Origin: a virus
Taxonomy: Duplodnaviria; Caudoviricetes
IMG/VR virus record: IMGVR_UViG_3300002092_000138
Span: 1-30,336 of that record
Reading direction: 5' to 3' (one strand)
Length of the DNA: 30,336 nucleotides
The position numbers and the translations under genes were made by a program. This document shows, piece after piece, positions 14,503 to 24,174 of the stretch. Under the pieces are notes generated by a model. That model did no database searches, was not told where the DNA came from, and worked only from the letters and a program-made list of their open reading frames with translations. The first letter of the stretch is position 1. Every line of letters begins with the position of its first letter.

Positions 14503-17272
14503 TCCAGAGATTTCAGCCAAAGCAGGTCAAGCCCTTGGACTGCCGCCGGGCTTCAAAGTTTACAGCCCGTTTCCGTTTAAGGGAATGAACTGGCAGGACG
14601 CACCCCATGCGATTGAAGACCATGAGTTTGTGTGGTTGGAAAATTTTGTGCGTCTGGGTAACGGCAGTCTGCGCACGCTCTATGACCACGGCGATGCGTA
14701 TTACACAGCCCCCGCAGGGCGAACCATTGTGTATTTTTCATTCTACACACTGGCAACGACACAATATGCCGCCATTTTTCTTGATGATGGTTCGGCTGTT
14801 CAACTTAATATCGCTACCTTATCTACAACAACTATCGGTCCCGCGGGAACCTTCTATAATGCGAGCACTGGTTACAAACCCTTTTGCAAACAATGGGGGT
14901 CCATCTATCTGTTGATTTGCAACCGCAACACGACCAATGATTATTGGGCGTGGGACGGCACCCTTTTGTATGGCGCGGGAACTGCCGCACCCCAAGGTGT
15001 GAACCTTCTTTCCGCAGGTTTTTCATATTCAAGCACACCGACTGTAACTGCCTTTGGCGGCACAGGATCGGGTATGACGTTCAACACCGTCGTCAACAAC
15101 GGTGGTGTAGCCGAAATCAACATCACAAATCCCGGCACAGGTTATAATCCCGGCGATGTGGTGCAGTTGATGTTTTCCGGTGGTGGGTCCGACACCTCTG
15201 CCGAATTGCAAGCAGTATTAACCGCAGGTTCGGTCGGCGGCGCGGCGATCACCGCAGCCGGTTCGGGGTATGTAACGGCAACCGTTACATTTAGCGCACC
15301 ACCAAGCGGAACCACGGCGACAGGCACCGCGATTATCAGTACGGGCGAAGTAACAGGTTACACAGGGTTGATCGGAGGCTCTGGTTATACCAGTGCGCCT
15401 TCTGTATCATTTACAGGCGGTGTCGGCAGCGGCGCGGCCGCTACCGCAGTCGTCTCCGGTGGCGCTATTACGTCTTTGATTATCACGAACTCCGGCAGCG
15501 GCTATACCTCACCACCTACCATTGCCTTTACCGGCGGCGGAGGCGCGGGGGCCAACGCAACGATGGTTATCAGTGGTGCGGGAACAATCATAGGTATCAC
15601 CATCACAAATCCCGGTTCGGGATATGTGACCGCCCCCACCATCAACATCACTTCGGGAACAGGTACGAGCGCGACGGCCAAAGCCGTGTTGAAACCAACG
15701 GGCGTCGCATCAATTACCGTGCTTAATAATGGCACTGGTTTTACATCTGTTCCGACACTGACAGTCACAGGCGGCGGAGGATCAGGGGCAACAGCCCTCG
15801 CCGTACTCACAGGAACGTCGGTCTCTGCCATTAACGTTACGGCATCTGGTTCGGGTTATTCTTCGGCACCTAGCGTTCAGTTTAAAGGTGGGGGTAGTGG
15901 GGCGACCTTACCTACCGTAACCGTCAACATGAACGGCGACAAAGTAGGCTCCATAACCATCACAGATGCAGGCGCAAACATCACCGATAATCTAGAAATA
16001 ATCCTTTCGGGCGGCGGCGGTTCCGGTGCAGGGGGTGTTGTGGTTCTCAACCCGACTTCTATTGCGTCGGTTGTTGTGTCATCGACAGGTAAATATTATA
16101 CCACTGCCCCTGCGGTTGAAATCTCTCCCGGGGCCAACAGTTCGGCTTATGCCACGGTGTCCTTGATGCCTTATGGTATTTCCGGTTCGGCTATGGAAAC
16201 CTTTTTGTCGCGCGTATGGATCATCAACCCCGCGGTGCAAGCGTTCTCGACCATTCCGCCCGGAAACTTATGGAATTTCAGCGCGCCCGGCTCGGTGTAT
16301 GATTTTGCAACATCAAGTGGTGGGGGTGCGGCGGTTAACACCGACGCGTTCCTTCAAACACAATACACGAACGTCCGGCAATCATCCGGCTATTTGTATT
16401 TTTGGGGTAATGGTTCGGTGTCTGTCGTTTCCAACGTCAACACTTCGGGCTCGCCGGCGACCACAAACTATAACTACCAGAACGTGGACCCGCAATCAGG
16501 GCTCGATTTCCGCGACACCGTGCAAGATTTTGGTAAATCCATCATCGCTGCCAACAATCTCGGTATTTTCGGTCTCTATGGGGGTTCACTGGCAAACATC
16601 TCGCTTAAATTGGCGCAACTGTTTGCCAATGCGGTCTATCCAGATCAAGGGGGCATTGAACCTTCTTCTGCGGTCGCCACACTTTACAACATCAAACACT
16701 ATCTTAATTTTTTAACGTTGCGAGATCCCGACACAGGGGTCGCACGCAACTTGATGGTAGTGTGGAATGAAAAAGATTGGTCGATTGCCTCACAGACAAT
16801 TGATATGACATTTATCAACACACAAAAAGTCGCCAGTAAATACCACGCATGGGGAACAGACGGCAGCAGTCTTTACCCCTTGTTTGTGCAACCTTCGGCA
16901 CAGCTGGAAAAGCGCATAGATACGAAAAACTATGGTGCTAACCACATGTTTATCCAGAAGCAAGCCTTGGCCGCTTATGTACAGGCGACTGACCATTCAA
17001 CATCAAATGCGGGCATCTCGGGAACTTTGGAACTCTCCATTTCAGGGCTTGCCACACAGAACAGTTTTGATCCCTCACTGCAAAGCGGCATTTACAATGC
17101 TGCATTGCGGCAACCTAACTTCAAATCACCGGAACCTTTCTATGGAATGTGGGGAACATCTCTTGAAGGGATAGGGTTTGTCATGACCGGCATCCGGTTC
17201 ACAACAACAAGTCCAGATTTCACATTGGGCAACCTCGTGCTAGGATATGCCGATGTTGTCGCCGCTTACTAA
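14492..17272 (+). CDS. Putative tail nozzle/stabilisation protein (P22 gp10-like) with large beta-repeat insertion
   Basis: PFKGMNWQDAPHAIEDHEFVWLENFV N-terminus, beta-propeller-like segments, central GSGYTSAP repeats; position after the adaptor. Confidence 0.7.
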   Translation: MATNPEISAKAGQALGLPPGFKVYSPFPFKGMNWQDAPHAIEDHEFVWLENFVRLGNGSLRTLYDHGDAYYTAPAGRTIVYFSFYTLATTQYAAIFLDDGSAVQLNIATLSTTTIGPAGTFYNASTGYKPFCKQWGSIYLLICNRNTTNDYWAWDGTLLYGAGTAAPQGVNLLSAGFSYSSTPTVTAFGGTGSGMTFNTVVNNGGVAEINITNPGTGYNPGDVVQLMFSGGGSDTSAELQAVLTAGSVGGAAITAAGSGYVTATVTFSAPPSGTTATGTAIISTGEVTGYTGLIGGSGYTSAPSVSFTGGVGSGAAATAVVSGGAITSLIITNSGSGYTSPPTIAFTGGGGAGANATMVISGAGTIIGITITNPGSGYVTAPTINITSGTGTSATAKAVLKPTGVASITVLNNGTGFTSVPTLTVTGGGGSGATALAVLTGTSVSAINVTASGSGYSSAPSVQFKGGGSGATLPTVTVNMNGDKVGSITITDAGANITDNLEIILSGGGGSGAGGVVVLNPTSIASVVVSSTGKYYTTAPAVEISPGANSSAYATVSLMPYGISGSAMETFLSRVWIINPAVQAFSTIPPGNLWNFSAPGSVYDFATSSGGGAAVNTDAFLQTQYTNVRQSSGYLYFWGNGSVSVVSNVNTSGSPATTNYNYQNVDPQSGLDFRDTVQDFGKSIIAANNLGIFGLYGGSLANISLKLAQLFANAVYPDQGGIEPSSAVATLYNIKHYLNFLTLRDPDTGVARNLMVVWNEKDWSIASQTIDMTFINTQKVASKYHAWGTDGSSLYPLFVQPSAQLEKRIDTKNYGANHMFIQKQALAAYVQATDHSTSNAGISGTLELSISGLATQNSFDPSLQSGIYNAALRQPNFKSPEPFYGMWGTSLEGIGFVMTGIRFTTTSPDFTLGNLVLGYADVVAAY
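14990..16170 (+). repeat. Protein-level tandem repeats (ITNPGSGYTSAPTVTFTGGGGSGATATAV-type) in the nozzle gene
   Basis: About 9-10 GxG(Y/F)xxxP motifs over ~390 aa; boundaries approximate. Confidence 0.8.
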
Positions 17273-17284
17273 CAGGAGTTGACT

Positions 17285-17497
17285 ATGGTGAAGCACCAAA
17301 AACAGCGTAAAATGGACTTCGAAAGCATCATTCAGAACGGCGAAAACCCCAATGGGTTCACCGCCCAGACGGCCAATGGCACCGCACATTGGAATGGAAC
17401 CGGTTGGAACAAAGAATACAGCTCGGATTTCAAGATGACGCAGGTTCAGCCGGACCCGACACGGCCAGAAGGCCGGAGCAATCGCACGGGTGAATAA
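17285..17497 (+). CDS. Hypothetical protein
   Basis: CAGGAG RBS; TAATG overlap with the next gene. Confidence 0.65.
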   Translation: MVKHQKQRKMDFESIIQNGENPNGFTAQTANGTAHWNGTGWNKEYSSDFKMTQVQPDPTRPEGRSNRTGE

Positions 17498-17835
17498 TGC
17501 TTGCCAACCTGCTCAATACCCCAAAGACAGAGCAGGAATGGTTGTGGTTTGTCCGCGATCACAGGGACAGCCATGACCGTATTCGCGCGGCAATTAAAAC
17601 CCAATATGGTGTAGATTTAACAGACTACACCATAGAACCTGTAAATTTTCAGGATACAAGGCAATTTCTGCAATATAACTCAAGTCTGCATAGTGATATG
17701 AACGCAATCGTTAAATCACAATCGTCAGATTTACTTGATGTGGACTTCAAAAACCCCGAACAGGTGCAAGCGTGGTTTAATCTGCATTATCAAGAACACG
17801 AAAATGCAGAACAATTACTTAAAATAGGAGGCTAG
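17497..17835 (+). CDS. Hypothetical tail-module protein (His-patterned)
   Basis: DHRDSHDRI, LHSDMN, WFNLHYQEH; coupled to both neighbours. Confidence 0.75.
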   Translation: MLANLLNTPKTEQEWLWFVRDHRDSHDRIRAAIKTQYGVDLTDYTIEPVNFQDTRQFLQYNSSLHSDMNAIVKSQSSDLLDVDFKNPEQVQAWFNLHYQEHENAEQLLKIGG

Positions 17836-17836
17836 G

Positions 17837-18298
17837 GTGTTAAATTTAGGTATTGAGACTATCGACGACGTGAGAAGCGAAATCCAACACTTGCTTGAAA
17901 TGCACTGGGAGGAAATCGCAGTTTGGCAGGACATTCCGTTGGCTCCCAACTGGGAAGCGTACTATGCCCTTGAAAAATCAGGAAGTATGGCTGTTTATAC
18001 GGTCAGAGACGACCAAAATGACAACAAATTGGTCGGATATGCTGTCTTTTTCATGCGTCACCACATCCACTATAAGAACCATATTTGGGCGCTAAACGAT
18101 ATTGTTTGGGTCCATCCCGAATACCGAGACGGCAAAATTGGCAGAAATCTCGTGAATTTCTGGGAAAAAGATTTACAATCGCGCGGCGTGCATGTTGTGC
18201 ATGTCAATGTTAAGGTAGCCCATCCGGCCTTGGGTTTGATCCTGAAGTGGTCAAAATACAAGACAGTCGAAAGTGGGCATGAAAAGAGGCTGAACTGA
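17837..18298 (+). CDS. GNAT-family acetyltransferase
   Basis: LVGYAVFF, DIVWVHPEYRDGKIGRNLV acetyl-CoA binding motif A; located before the ejection genes as in many podoviruses. Confidence 0.85.
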   Translation: MLNLGIETIDDVRSEIQHLLEMHWEEIAVWQDIPLAPNWEAYYALEKSGSMAVYTVRDDQNDNKLVGYAVFFMRHHIHYKNHIWALNDIVWVHPEYRDGKIGRNLVNFWEKDLQSRGVHVVHVNVKVAHPALGLILKWSKYKTVESGHEKRLN

Positions 18299-19935
18299 TG
18301 GGCGTTACAGCAGGTATTGTTTTTGGTGCAGGAGAAGTCGCGGCTGATACAGCCGCCGCAGTAGCAGCGACAGATATTGCCGCCACCGCCGCCGCTGATT
18401 TTACCGCGATGGGGGCTTTGGGTGATTTCTCGGCCATGACCTTAGCTGATGTCGCCCTGCCCTCGGCGGTCAGTGAGGCTGCCGCCGGAACATTGGCCTA
18501 TGCTGCTCCTGAAGTGGCGGGTGCTATCGGGTCAACTCTGGAAGGGGCAGCCGCACCTTTCGTTGAGGGTATCGGTGCCGAAGGCGGGCCTCTGGCCACA
18601 GGGGTTCCCTCCACCGTGGAAGCCACAACCTCTGCCATTCCCGGCGTACAGACAACAACTGCCGCACAGCAAGCCTTGGCAAGCGCCCCCGCAGGCGTGA
18701 CTTCTGGAACAGGCGGGGCAGCCGGTTTTGCTGCCCCTGCCGGCACACTACCTGAAGAATATCTGGGCACCACACCGTTCCAAGTTGGCGCGCCTGCCGA
18801 AGTTACCTCTCTGACACCGAGCGGCGCACCTATTGTTGACACCGCTGCAAGTCCGTTGACCCCTACCACTGCCGGTATGACCACTACGACCGCCGCTGCG
18901 CAAACCCCTGTGATCGGGGGTGAGGCAGTCAGTTCGGGTTTGACCGCAGCCCCCGCCGCAACATCTTCTCTCGAAGTTGCGGTGCCGCAGGAAGTGGCAC
19001 AAACAACCGCGCCCAGCGTGTTCTCAAGTCCCGGTGCGGGCAGCCAGTTGTCATCCTCTCTGGCAAATGCAGGCTATTCACCTTCGCAAGCCTTGGCAGG
19101 GGATCAATTCGCACTTGGCCCCTCTACAGGCACCGCTACAGATGCGACTGTGGGTGGGCAGGCCGTCACACAAGCACCTGCGGCATACAATCCGCAAGGG
19201 GCCTTGCCTTCAATGGCACAACAGGGCGTGCCTACAGTCGCACCACAAACAATCGCAGAAACGGCTCCTGCGGCAACCACTGCGCCAGCAACGACCGCGC
19301 CCGCTACAAGCGCAGGCACAAGCATCGGTGAAGGTTCATCCGGTCTGACCTCGCAAGAAATCGGCGCAGGTAAAGCGGCAACAGGCGCATCGCAAGCCGC
19401 AAGTGCGGCAGGTGGAGAAGGTTTTGGGTCAAGCATTGTTGATTATTTGAAGAAGAACCCATCACTACTTTTGAGCGGTGCGGGGCTCGCCTACAATATG
19501 ATGAACGCACAGCAACCACCAAAATTCCAACCACAAATGAGCGCGGCCGCACAGAACATGCAGGCACAAGGAACACAACTTGCCAGCTATCTCTCAACCG
19601 GCACTTTGCCTCCCGGCGTGCAGGCAAATCTGAACGCCGCGCGGGATGCAGCCGTCGCCACGGTTCAGTCGAACCATGCGGCAAGAGGCACATCCGGCTC
19701 GTCGATGGAAGCGCAGGACATCCAACGCATCAACGAAACAATCGTTTCTCAAGGTGCGACGATTGCGACACAGTTGTTGCAAGCAGGTATCAGCGAGCAG
19801 CAAATGGCAGCAGGTATTTATCAAAACCTTATGCAAGCCTCGCTGCAACAAGACGCTCAAATGTCCAGTGCGATTTCCAATTTCACAAACGCCTTGGCGT
19901 ATGGGGCTGCACGGAACTTAACACCAGTGGGTTAA
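18298..19935 (+). CDS. Putative ejection / internal virion protein 1
   Basis: Ala/Thr/Gly-rich low complexity, hydrophobic LLLSGAGLAY, AARGTSGSS motif, Gln-rich helical C-terminus; follows the GNAT. Confidence 0.65.
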   Translation: MGVTAGIVFGAGEVAADTAAAVAATDIAATAAADFTAMGALGDFSAMTLADVALPSAVSEAAAGTLAYAAPEVAGAIGSTLEGAAAPFVEGIGAEGGPLATGVPSTVEATTSAIPGVQTTTAAQQALASAPAGVTSGTGGAAGFAAPAGTLPEEYLGTTPFQVGAPAEVTSLTPSGAPIVDTAASPLTPTTAGMTTTTAAAQTPVIGGEAVSSGLTAAPAATSSLEVAVPQEVAQTTAPSVFSSPGAGSQLSSSLANAGYSPSQALAGDQFALGPSTGTATDATVGGQAVTQAPAAYNPQGALPSMAQQGVPTVAPQTIAETAPAATTAPATTAPATSAGTSIGEGSSGLTSQEIGAGKAATGASQAASAAGGEGFGSSIVDYLKKNPSLLLSGAGLAYNMMNAQQPPKFQPQMSAAAQNMQAQGTQLASYLSTGTLPPGVQANLNAARDAAVATVQSNHAARGTSGSSMEAQDIQRINETIVSQGATIATQLLQAGISEQQMAAGIYQNLMQASLQQDAQMSSAISNFTNALAYGAARNLTPVG

Positions 19936-19941
19936 TGTATC

Positions 19942-21966
19942 ATGGCCGACGAAAATACGAAAAAACCGGACGACGACATCACTTCTATTCTTGCAGGGCC
20001 GCCCATTAGCATTGGGCCTATGCCTGCAAGTTCGGTGTTGGCCCCTCCAAAAGCAACAGCGCCCGCCACTGCGCCCGCAGGTGCGTCGCTTGCGGCCGCT
20101 CCACCGCCTGCCACCGCCGCTCCGCAAATGACCGCTGAACAACTTTATGCGGAAGCGCAAGCGCGTAAACAAGCGCGTGAAGATGAGGCGCTTAAAACAC
20201 AACAAAAATACGAAGCCACAGAGTTAAAAATTGCAGAAGAAGAAGCCCAAGACGCTAAAAAGCGACTTGAAAAAGCTACTGAAATTCAAGGTAAGCGAGG
20301 GGAAGTCGCATACCCCAAATTTAATCAAGTTCCTTACAAGCCTGAAAAACCCACGCCTCTCGTGGAGCAGTGGGGATCTATGGCTATGCTTTTCGCAATG
20401 CTCGGTTCAGCCTTCACCCGTAATAGGGCCGTCACAGCGTTGAACGCTGCGGCTTCCGCCATGAAAGGGTATCAGGAAGGCGATAAGGCGCGTGCGGAAC
20501 AAGCCTATAAAGAATGGAAAACCGCGAACGAGAATTTGCAAAAAGCTGCCGATTTTGAAGCCGATCACTATAAGCAAATTATGAAAGGTCTCGATAGCGA
20601 AGAAAAGCTGATCGAAATGCAAGGCACGGCTAAAGAAAAAGAATTTATTGCAAAACGCAAAGCAAATGACGCGATGTTTAACAACACACAACGCATTGCC
20701 ATTGCAAAAGAACACGGCGAAGAAGCGGCCAACCTTGATGTGTTACGCTCAATGAAAAACGCAGAAGAATTTAATAGGCTTACCAACTATACAAATTTGG
20801 TGGCAAGTGAAGACTATCAAAACAAGACACTTGCGGAGAAAAAAGCCGCAATTGAAAAAACAGGCTATATCAAGGGTATTGAGAATTTTCAAAAACACAT
20901 GGATTCTCCTGCCGGACAACGCGAAAAGATTGCAGAATACAAAAAGACCGATCCCGAATATCGCAAAGCGGTTGAAGAAAAAAATACGTTGAAACAATTG
21001 GAACTGCTTGAAGAACAAGGCGATCAAGAGTCCGTAAAGGTCATCGCTAAACTTCGCGCGGAAGAAGCCAAACAAAGCCGTTTGGAAGGTAAAGGTGGTG
21101 AAGCACAGCGTGCTGTCGAGCAAGGCATTGCAAACTATGCTATTCCTTTGGGTATCCGCCCTCGCACAGAAAACGCAGGTAAGTTATGGGATGACCGCTA
21201 TCTGCGTGTGAAGCAGTTAAACCCGACTTTTGTAGAAGGTGATTATGGAAATAGAAACCTTGCTTATCGCCATTGGGTTGATCCGAATGGTGTCGGTAAC
21301 AAGCAGGTTTTAAGCTATACAACCCTTGCGCAGCATTTGGGTGAGTTGGATATGCTTGTCGGAGAGCTGGAAAAATCCAGAGCCACAGGAAATTCACAAC
21401 TTACAAACGAATTGAAAGCAAGAATTTCGGCAGGGGTCGGTAAACCTATCACAGCGATCACAGATATACAGGCCGCACGAGGTTTGGTGGCCGACGAAAT
21501 CATCAAATCTGCAACAGGTTCCGCAGGTGCATTGCTTGATCGTGAGCAGCAAGCCGCTGTTCTTGATGGAAAACTACCTATCTCTGTTCTTCGGTCAAAC
21601 ATTAACATCATGAAAGATTTGGTGGGTGGGCGTATCAATTCGGCGATGTCGGATTTCGTTGCCGGCACAGGACGGACCAAAGAAGATTTCTACCCCTTAC
21701 TCACACCGGAAGCACGCGTCATGTTTGCAAGGCCGCTTGAGATCGGTGAAGAACAATACAAAAAAGACTTGGCGACACTGGTTAAAAAGAAAGGCACTGC
21801 GGCTCCCGGCACTACTACGCCTGCTGCGACTACCCCTGCTGCGACTACCCCTGCTGCGACTGCGCCTACCGCACCTGCGGCAAAAACATATTTCAAAGGT
21901 GATCGAGAAATTATCGTAAGCGACGGAAAGTGGGTCTATAAAGACACTGGCGAGGAAGCAAAATAA
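19942..21966 (+). CDS. Putative ejection / internal virion protein 2
   Basis: Long coiled coils, hydrophobic WGSMAMLFAMLGSAF segment, TTPAA linker, small C-terminal GKWVY module. Confidence 0.65.
   Translation: MADENTKKPDDDITSILAGPPISIGPMPASSVLAPPKATAPATAPAGASLAAAPPPATAAPQMTAEQLYAEAQARKQAREDEALKTQQKYEATELKIAEEEAQDAKKRLEKATEIQGKRGEVAYPKFNQVPYKPEKPTPLVEQWGSMAMLFAMLGSAFTRNRAVTALNAAASAMKGYQEGDKARAEQAYKEWKTANENLQKAADFEADHYKQIMKGLDSEEKLIEMQGTAKEKEFIAKRKANDAMFNNTQRIAIAKEHGEEAANLDVLRSMKNAEEFNRLTNYTNLVASEDYQNKTLAEKKAAIEKTGYIKGIENFQKHMDSPAGQREKIAEYKKTDPEYRKAVEEKNTLKQLELLEEQGDQESVKVIAKLRAEEAKQSRLEGKGGEAQRAVEQGIANYAIPLGIRPRTENAGKLWDDRYLRVKQLNPTFVEGDYGNRNLAYRHWVDPNGVGNKQVLSYTTLAQHLGELDMLVGELEKSRATGNSQLTNELKARISAGVGKPITAITDIQAARGLVADEIIKSATGSAGALLDREQQAAVLDGKLPISVLRSNINIMKDLVGGRINSAMSDFVAGTGRTKEDFYPLLTPEARVMFARPLEIGEEQYKKDLATLVKKKGTAAPGTTTPAATTPAATTPAATAPTAPAAKTYFKGDREIIVSDGKWVYKDTGEEAK
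21811..21861 (+). repeat. 15-bp tandem repeat (TTPAA x3)
   Basis: ACTACGCCTGCTGCG ACTACCCCTGCTGCG ACTACCCCTGCTGCG. Confidence 0.85.
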
Positions 21967-24173
21967 TGGTCGATGAAAACAAAATGCCTCCCCTCCCCGA
22001 AGGCGCTGTAGAAAAAGAAATGCCGCCTCTCCCCGAAGGCGCGGTAGAAAAAGAAATGCCGCCCCTTCCGCCCGGAGCCACGGAAGTAGAAGCCCCCAAA
22101 GAACCCACCGCTACCGAGAAAAGGGCATTGTTGCGCAGGCAGCAAATGCAGGAAGCGCGTGAAGATATGAAAGGTTTTGCATCCGGTGTGGCACAACGCC
22201 CTGTTGGTATCGCGCAGTTGGCGGTAACACCTGCTGAAAACACCGAATACGGGTCAAAAATTTCCAAATATCTGCAAGACACGGCAAAGACACTCAAAGA
22301 ATACGGGACTGAACGTGGTCAAACCGCAGGTAAAATAGGCTTTGACATTGCGGCTACCGGAGGCATTTTAGGAGCGGCAAGAAATCTTGCCCCAGTTGCG
22401 GCTGCGCGACTTATTCCTGAAACAATCGCACCTCTCGTAGGCGGGGCATCAAAAGTTGCTCCCGAAGTTGCGGAAGCGGCAACGGCTGCGACAGAAGGCA
22501 CGGAGCTTGCGACCAAAGTAACAAACCTCGACCGCACACTTAAAGGTCTTTGGCAATTAACTACGGAAGCCGCAAAAGGTACTGCAATCGGCGCACCTGT
22601 TGGCGCGGCTACGGGGGCTATCGAGACACGGACAGAAGACACTGCAAAAGAACGTATGGATGCCCGCTGGCAAGAAATTGAAAATCAATTCGTGCAGACC
22701 GGTCTGTTTGGGGGTGCGGTCGGCGCGTTAAAACCACTTTTTCTCGGCGCAGGTAAACTGTTCAGCAATTTAAGCGGTGCGGAACAGCGTAAAGCTCTCA
22801 AAGAAGCGGAAGACTGGTTGGCATCTATCAAAGAAAAAACAGGTGTTAAAGTTTCCGAATTGAAAGGCGAGCAAGAAGCCACCGCGACCAAAGCACAAAG
22901 CATGGCGGCTTCGGCTGAAAGCGAAGCACAAAAAATTGTTGAAGATTTTAAAAATCTTCCCGCCGAAGACAAGACAAGTTTTGGCACGTATCTGAAAGAT
23001 CGTTTGGCTAAGAACAAAACATTCCTTGAAGCGGAGCGCGAGCGGCTGTCTGGTTTTAAAGAGGCAGTACAATCGGCCCCCAAGGGGGATGTTGTCAAAA
23101 CCGATGCCATCGCAGACTACATCAAAGAAAACCAAGCGAAATATAATCCAGAGACCCCTACCTACAAAATGTTTGAGCATATCAAAAAGGCATTGGGACT
23201 TCCTTCCGAGGAAGCCGTCACAACTGCCAAACAGGGTGCCAAAAAATTGATGGAAGCGCGGGAAGGGATAAGCGTCAATGATGCTGACTCTTTGCGTAAA
23301 TATTGGAACACAATTGAAGCCGAAAATAATTATAAGGCTCTTACCAATGTGGATGCAGCGGCAGGAGACGAAGCGCACGAGTTGGGCAAAATCAAAGAGC
23401 TTTTGATGGAAGCTGTCGGCGACGCACACAAGCCTTACCAAGAAGCCGTGACAAAGTGGGCGCAAGAGTCGCGCCCGCTCGATCCTTATCGCACAGGTGG
23501 GTTCAAAGGGCTTGGCCCCAAAGATCGTTTCACAGGCGAATACGCGGTGTTGGAAAGCAAACTCACAGGAGCCGTTCTGAAAGCCGCCCGTGAGGGCGAT
23601 CCGGCTTTTGTGAACATGGTTAAAAACGACCCCGAGTTCAAAGAGTATGCAAAGAAGTATTTTACAGGCGAATTGTTTGGTATAAGCGAAGCGCAGAAAA
23701 CACCGACGGCTACAAATTTCAGAACTTTCTGGCGAAACAACGAAAAGATGTTGGATGAACTTGGTTTGAAATCACACTTCAAAGACCTTCAAGCGAAGTT
23801 TGAAAAAGGTGAAATTTACAAACAGACCGCCAAAGAAAAAATAACCGAGATGACCGAAGCGAAAAAGCTCCAAGACAGCTTGGCGCAAATGCAAACAAAA
23901 ATAGAAAACACCCCTGTCGAAAAAATCATAAAATCCGAAAAGATGCAAAGTTGGGTTGATTCTTTAAGGTCTGATAAATTGATTTCGGATGCTGAACATG
24001 ATGCCATGTTGAAGGAAATCAACGCGGCACAACGTCGGTATGCCGAAACCAAAAATGACAAAGAATATAGTGATTGGGTCCGTCAATGGATAACATATAC
24101 TGCCCCTGTAGCACTTGGTCTGGGGGCCGGAGCAAACTATGTGTCCGGTAGAATTATGAGAGGAAGTCAATAA
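21966..24173 (+). CDS. Putative ejection / internal virion protein 3
   Basis: TAATG coupling; N-terminal MPPLPEGAVEKE repeats, GxxxG-rich hydrophobic segments, helical body. Confidence 0.65.
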   Translation: MVDENKMPPLPEGAVEKEMPPLPEGAVEKEMPPLPPGATEVEAPKEPTATEKRALLRRQQMQEAREDMKGFASGVAQRPVGIAQLAVTPAENTEYGSKISKYLQDTAKTLKEYGTERGQTAGKIGFDIAATGGILGAARNLAPVAAARLIPETIAPLVGGASKVAPEVAEAATAATEGTELATKVTNLDRTLKGLWQLTTEAAKGTAIGAPVGAATGAIETRTEDTAKERMDARWQEIENQFVQTGLFGGAVGALKPLFLGAGKLFSNLSGAEQRKALKEAEDWLASIKEKTGVKVSELKGEQEATATKAQSMAASAESEAQKIVEDFKNLPAEDKTSFGTYLKDRLAKNKTFLEAERERLSGFKEAVQSAPKGDVVKTDAIADYIKENQAKYNPETPTYKMFEHIKKALGLPSEEAVTTAKQGAKKLMEAREGISVNDADSLRKYWNTIEAENNYKALTNVDAAAGDEAHELGKIKELLMEAVGDAHKPYQEAVTKWAQESRPLDPYRTGGFKGLGPKDRFTGEYAVLESKLTGAVLKAAREGDPAFVNMVKNDPEFKEYAKKYFTGELFGISEAQKTPTATNFRTFWRNNEKMLDELGLKSHFKDLQAKFEKGEIYKQTAKEKITEMTEAKKLQDSLAQMQTKIENTPVEKIIKSEKMQSWVDSLRSDKLISDAEHDAMLKEINAAQRRYAETKNDKEYSDWVRQWITYTAPVALGLGAGANYVSGRIMRGSQ
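21984..22085 (+). repeat. 36-bp tandem repeat (MPPLPEGAVEKE, ~3 copies)
   Basis: Unit ATG codons at 21984, 22020 and 22056. Confidence 0.9.
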
Positions 24174-24174
24174 A

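Noticed and set aside
18298-24173. Tape measure protein
   Set aside because: No tail tube, sheath or tail chaperone genes; three separate genes after a nozzle and a GNAT fit podovirus ejection proteins
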